From the human T2T-CHM13v2.0 reference genome, Homo sapiens: a DNA stretch of 64,000 bases. Position 1 is the stretch's first letter. The number at the start of each line of letters is the position of its first letter. This document shows positions 59,903 to 64,000 of the stretch, one piece after another. A model generated the notes under the pieces. The model saw only the letters and a program-made list of their open reading frames with translations, did no database searches and was not told where the DNA came from. Where the stretch lies: the NCBI RefSeq assembly GCF_009914755.1, contig NC_060942.1, one strand, 5' to 3'. A program made the translations under genes and the position numbers.

Positions 59903-60832
59903 AAACCACATTGACCTATTAATTTGTTAAGAGTCTTGTATTTGTCAGTAGTTTTGACTGTGGAGGCAGAATTTTTACAAGCTTACCAGCATTGTAACGT
60001 TGGGAAGACTGCTAACCTGGTGGTGTCCTTTTGCATAAAATGACACTAATAAAACCCACCTAATAGAGTATCAAAATAATATATTTTGATGCTTGGAATA
60101 CTGCAGAGCGAGTACTAACTATAAACAAACTGCTTCTTAAACCAATTTCATTTTTTTAAATGACCACACTCAGTTGTCATTGTTTCTGTCAATCTTCTCG
60201 GGCTTACTCCTTCACTCCCTTCTCTGTATGATCATAGTACTCAATATATTATTTAGCTCAATTACAGAAGTTATCACACAGGGTTTCACAACTGATTTTG
60301 AATGTCTCCCCCAGTGTTCTAGGCTCATCCAGGATAATTCTTCCTTTCTCATCTCTTGTATCTGCACTACTCTTAATTTAGGTCTAGTATATTTTTTACA
60401 AAACGTTTTTGAATAAATGAGTAAGTCAGATCCTCAGACTATCTAGACCAGATCTAGCAGTACATGATATATTTTGGAAAGGCACTATTATATTCCCTAA
60501 GAACCTCTCTTTCACTTCCCTCTGATTTGAATAACTTTCAACTGCCAAGCTTTGAGAAAAGAATATAAAAGGGAGTGAAAATCTCCATTCCAAACTTGAT
60601 AGGCGGTCTAAATTTTAAATGCATTATTTCTTCATTTTTTCTTGGATTTTGCAAGCTTTTGGGAAATTTGTTTCAATTTTAATTTTGCTTTAAATAAACC
60701 TAAAAAACTTTAGCTTGAAGATTAACATCTCTGCAATTTGAAGAATTTAGTTTGATGGCTACTCAGAAGATTCAGTAAGTAATTTCACAGTTCTTGATTA
60801 TGAAACCTAAATATATGTTATGTTTTCTGTAG

Positions 60833-60975
60833 GCAAAATCCCAAACTTGTTACCTGAAGGTTCTGTAGATGGGGATACCAGGATGGTCCTGGTGAATGCT
60901 GTCTACTTCAAAGGAAAGTGGAAAACTCCATTTGAGAAGAAACTAAATGGGCTTTATCCTTTCCGTGTAAACTCG
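60833..60975 (+). CDS. SERPINB2: SERPINB2 exon 6
   Basis: (G)[47 protein letters not shown], with the serpin NAVYFKG motif; 143 nt. Confidence 0.98.
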
Positions 60976-61496
60976 GTATGAGACAACAAAATACATCTTC
61001 CTAGCATATATTTTAGGGCTTTTGACAAGATATAGACAGAAAAATTAGAGACCGCTCATTATAGACTTGCTAGTTAGAAGTTATGCATGTTGGACAGTTG
61101 ATTGACTCTTTAGAAACAGTATAGGTAAAGGGGAAGACTGTGGCTTTTTAATTATACATGCCCAGACTCCAACGTTGGCTCTACCACTTATTTCAAAGGG
61201 CTGTAAATATTGAGACATGGCACGGTTCCTGGCCCATAGTACGAACTAAACAAGTGTTTTAGAATTATGGTTGTCATTACCATTGTTGTCCATCTTACTA
61301 AATAATGGGTATAAAGTTGAACAAGCTAATAACATCAGAGTACCCACTGTAAGGATGTACAAATAATTTATTTTGTTGATTTAAAAAAATCACATTTATC
61401 CAACACTAAAGTAGAACCAATCCTCCTTTATGTCTAATTGTAAATCTCTTGATATCTTATAATCGACTTCCATATTTTACCTTTTAATAATATTAG

Positions 61497-61661
61497 GCTC
61501 AGCGCACACCTGTACAGATGATGTACTTGCGTGAAAAGCTAAACATTGGATACATAGAAGACCTAAAGGCTCAGATTCTAGAACTCCCATATGCTGGAGA
61601 TGTTAGCATGTTCTTGTTGCTTCCAGATGAAATTGCCGATGTGTCCACTGGCTTGGAGCTG
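61497..61661 (+). CDS. SERPINB2: SERPINB2 exon 7
   Basis: [55 protein letters not shown]; donor CTG|GTAAGA. Confidence 0.98.
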
Positions 61662-61973
61662 GTAAGACATTCAGATATTATACCTACCTTTCGTGAGATG
61701 AATATATACTCCTTACAAATGGTGTGGTAATTTCTCATGGAAATATATGAAACAGTTGATAGTAAATATGGCATGCCTCTACATTTCATTCAAAGCCTTA
61801 ACTATGTCATACGTGTTACCTTCTTGTAAAAATCTGACCAATCTGTTAACTTTCTATATCACCCACAATATAGTAAAGTCACTGATTTTTAATATTAGAC
61901 TTAAAGTTGTTTTCCTTCTTTCTAATACTTGCTGTATTTTCTTTTGTTTGTTTTGTTTTGTTTTGCTTTGCAG

Positions 61974-62378
61974 CTGGAAAGTGAAATAACCTATGACAAA
62001 CTCAACAAGTGGACCAGCAAAGACAAAATGGCTGAAGATGAAGTTGAGGTATACATACCCCAGTTCAAATTAGAAGAGCATTATGAACTCAGATCCATTC
62101 TGAGAAGCATGGGCATGGAGGACGCCTTCAACAAGGGACGGGCCAATTTCTCAGGGATGTCGGAGAGGAATGACCTGTTTCTTTCTGAAGTGTTCCACCA
62201 AGCCATGGTGGATGTGAATGAGGAGGGCACTGAAGCAGCCGCTGGCACAGGAGGTGTTATGACAGGGAGAACTGGACATGGAGGCCCACAGTTTGTGGCA
62301 GATCATCCGTTTCTTTTTCTTATTATGCATAAGATAACCAAGTGCATTTTATTTTTCGGCAGATTTTGCTCACCCTAA
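61974..62378 (+). CDS. SERPINB2: SERPINB2 exon 8 coding part, with the reactive-centre loop (P1-P1' Arg380-Thr381)
   Basis: [33 protein letters not shown]; AGA codon at 62268; TAA at 62376-62378; total CDS 415 aa. Confidence 0.98.
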   Translation: MESEITYDKLNKWTSKDKMAEDEVEVYIPQFKLEEHYELRSILRSMGMEDAFNKGRANFSGMSERNDLFLSEVFHQAMVDVNEEGTEAAAGTGGVMTGRTGHGGPQFVADHPFLFLIMHKITKCILFFGRFCSP

Positions 62379-62654
62379 AACTAAGCGTGCTGCTTCTGCA
62401 AAAGATTTTTGTAGATGAGCTGTGTGCCTCAGAATTGCTATTTCAAATTGCCAAAAATTTAGAGATGTTTTCTACATATTTCTGCTCTTCTGAACAACTT
62501 CTGCTACCCACTAAATAAAAACACAGAAATAATTAGACAATTGTCTATTATAACATGACAACCCTATTAATCATTTGGTCTTCTAAAATGGGATCATGCC
62601 CATTTAGATTTTCCTTACTATCAGTTTATTTTTATAACATTAACTTTTACTTTG

Positions 62655-62663
62655 TTATTTATT
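62655..62663 (+). promoter_or_regulatory. SERPINB2: AU-rich element nonamer UUAUUUAUU in the 3' UTR
   Basis: TTATTTATT about 300 nt before the poly(A) site; known PAI-2 mRNA instability element. Confidence 0.85.
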
Positions 62664-62933
62664 ATTTTATATAATGGTGAGTTTTTAAATTATTGCTCAC
62701 TGCCTATTTAATGTAGCTAATAAAGTTATAGAAGCAGATGATCTGTTAATTTCCTATCTAATAAATGCCTTTAATTGTTCTCATAATGAAGAATAAGTAG
62801 GTATCCCTCCATGCCCTTCTATAATAAATATCTGGAAAAAACATTAAACAATAGGCAAATATATGTTATGTGCATTTCTAGAAATACATAACACATATAT
62901 ATGTCTGTATCTTATATTCAATTGCAAGTATAT

Positions 62934-62943
62934 AATAAATAAA
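62934..62943 (+). terminator. SERPINB2: SERPINB2 poly(A) signal (two overlapping AATAAA); cleavage near 62960
   Basis: AATAAATAAA followed by CA dinucleotides and a GT/T-rich downstream element (TTTGTTGTCATTT). Confidence 0.85.
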
Positions 62944-64000
62944 CCTGCTTCCAAACAACAATACATTTGTTGTCATTTCATTAGGTCTGCAGATCATAGA
63001 CCTTGACTCCTAGGAGTTGAGCATTATGACTCACTTGCGAGAACTCAGAAAAAATAGACAGGATGAAGGAGCCAAGGACATAACAACCTTCATTCAAAAA
63101 GACCCAATGTTGAGGGTCAGTGGGATGGGGTTGTATGAAAAATGGGTTAGAGCTGCTTTCTCACAGCAGCAAAGACATAGCAATTCAGAATAGTCTAGGT
63201 TAGAGTCCTTTGGGGAAACCACTGTCTAAACATTAAGGACACCAGGATTAATGACCAAGTCCAGTGGTCCAGACACAGAAGAAGGCCTCAGTCATTGAGC
63301 TCAGAGTTGCAAGCAGTGAAGATGGGAGATGGGTTGGGTGCAAGAGCAGGAGGGGAAACAAAAGATGGCTCTTTCTAAGTGTGTTTGTTTCTAATAGCAG
63401 TAATGCTTTTGAATGAGTCAGAGGTAGAGGAGAACATAATTGAAGACCTGAGAAATAAGGCAAATTGTAGGTTGGGGGCCTGAACAACAGAGTCTGGCTG
63501 CAGAAGTGCGGCTGGATCCTGGAAATGCAGCACACTCCCTTTGATGGCAGGCAGGGATGCTTGATGCACTAGAACATGGTAGCTAAAAAAGTGGCCTCAA
63601 GACTTAGACTCTCTGCCTCCAAATCCCAGTTGTAACACTTACAAGTAGCTTCAACACAGGCCAACCATGGTGCTTCTTTGTGCTTCAGTTTTCTCTCAGT
63701 GAAAACTAAAGAAAAAACTGTTTTTATCATATTGCTATAATGACTAAATGAGTTCATATATATCCAGCAATTAAAAGAATACTTGGCATATATAATATTT
63801 AATAAATATTAGTGATTATGATCTATCTTATCTTTGTCAGTAATAAAACTGTCTCACTCTAAGCTGGTCAAACACGAATCCCAGAAAATTACTCAGTTAA
63901 CTTTTTAAGGCTTGAATAATGGTGTATTTCTTCTAATCAGACATTCCTGAAAATTAAGAGTTGCTGTTTCTTGCATTCTTCTACTTACTTTTAATTTCAT

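Noticed and set aside
61929-61973. Hydrophobic N-terminal extension ([15 protein letters not shown]) on the exon-8 ORF that resembles a signal peptide
   Set aside because: It is the translated (TTTTG)n polypyrimidine tract of intron 7, with a non-ATG start.

Overview
Human genomic DNA, about half interspersed repeats, from the serpin clade-B cluster (18q21.33 by established knowledge). The + strand carries the complete SERPINB2 (PAI-2) gene: TATA promoter near 46755, non-coding exon 1 at ~46786-46850, seven coding exons from 50526 to 62378 that splice at GT-AG junctions into a 415-aa ORF, and a 3' UTR to ~62960. The allele is the PAI-2 'type B' form (Asp120/Lys404/Cys413). The ~46 kb upstream contains no other gene I can support. 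It holds a rearranged, G-to-A hyperedited HERV-K(HML-2) relic, an old near-full-length L1MA element, a young 5'-truncated pre-Ta L1Hs with a perfect target-site duplication (TSD), a consensus-identical AluYa5, many older Alus, MER, MIR and LTR elements, several short tandem duplications, and candidate distal regulatory elements. I found no convincing new biological system. The best leads are the HERV-K rearrangement and editing, a dense AhR/STAT/TEAD/RUNX motif cluster ~18 kb upstream, a MIR-derived cassette exon carrying uORFs, and the young, possibly polymorphic insertions. Repeat subfamily calls come from remembered consensus sequences, not from a database run.
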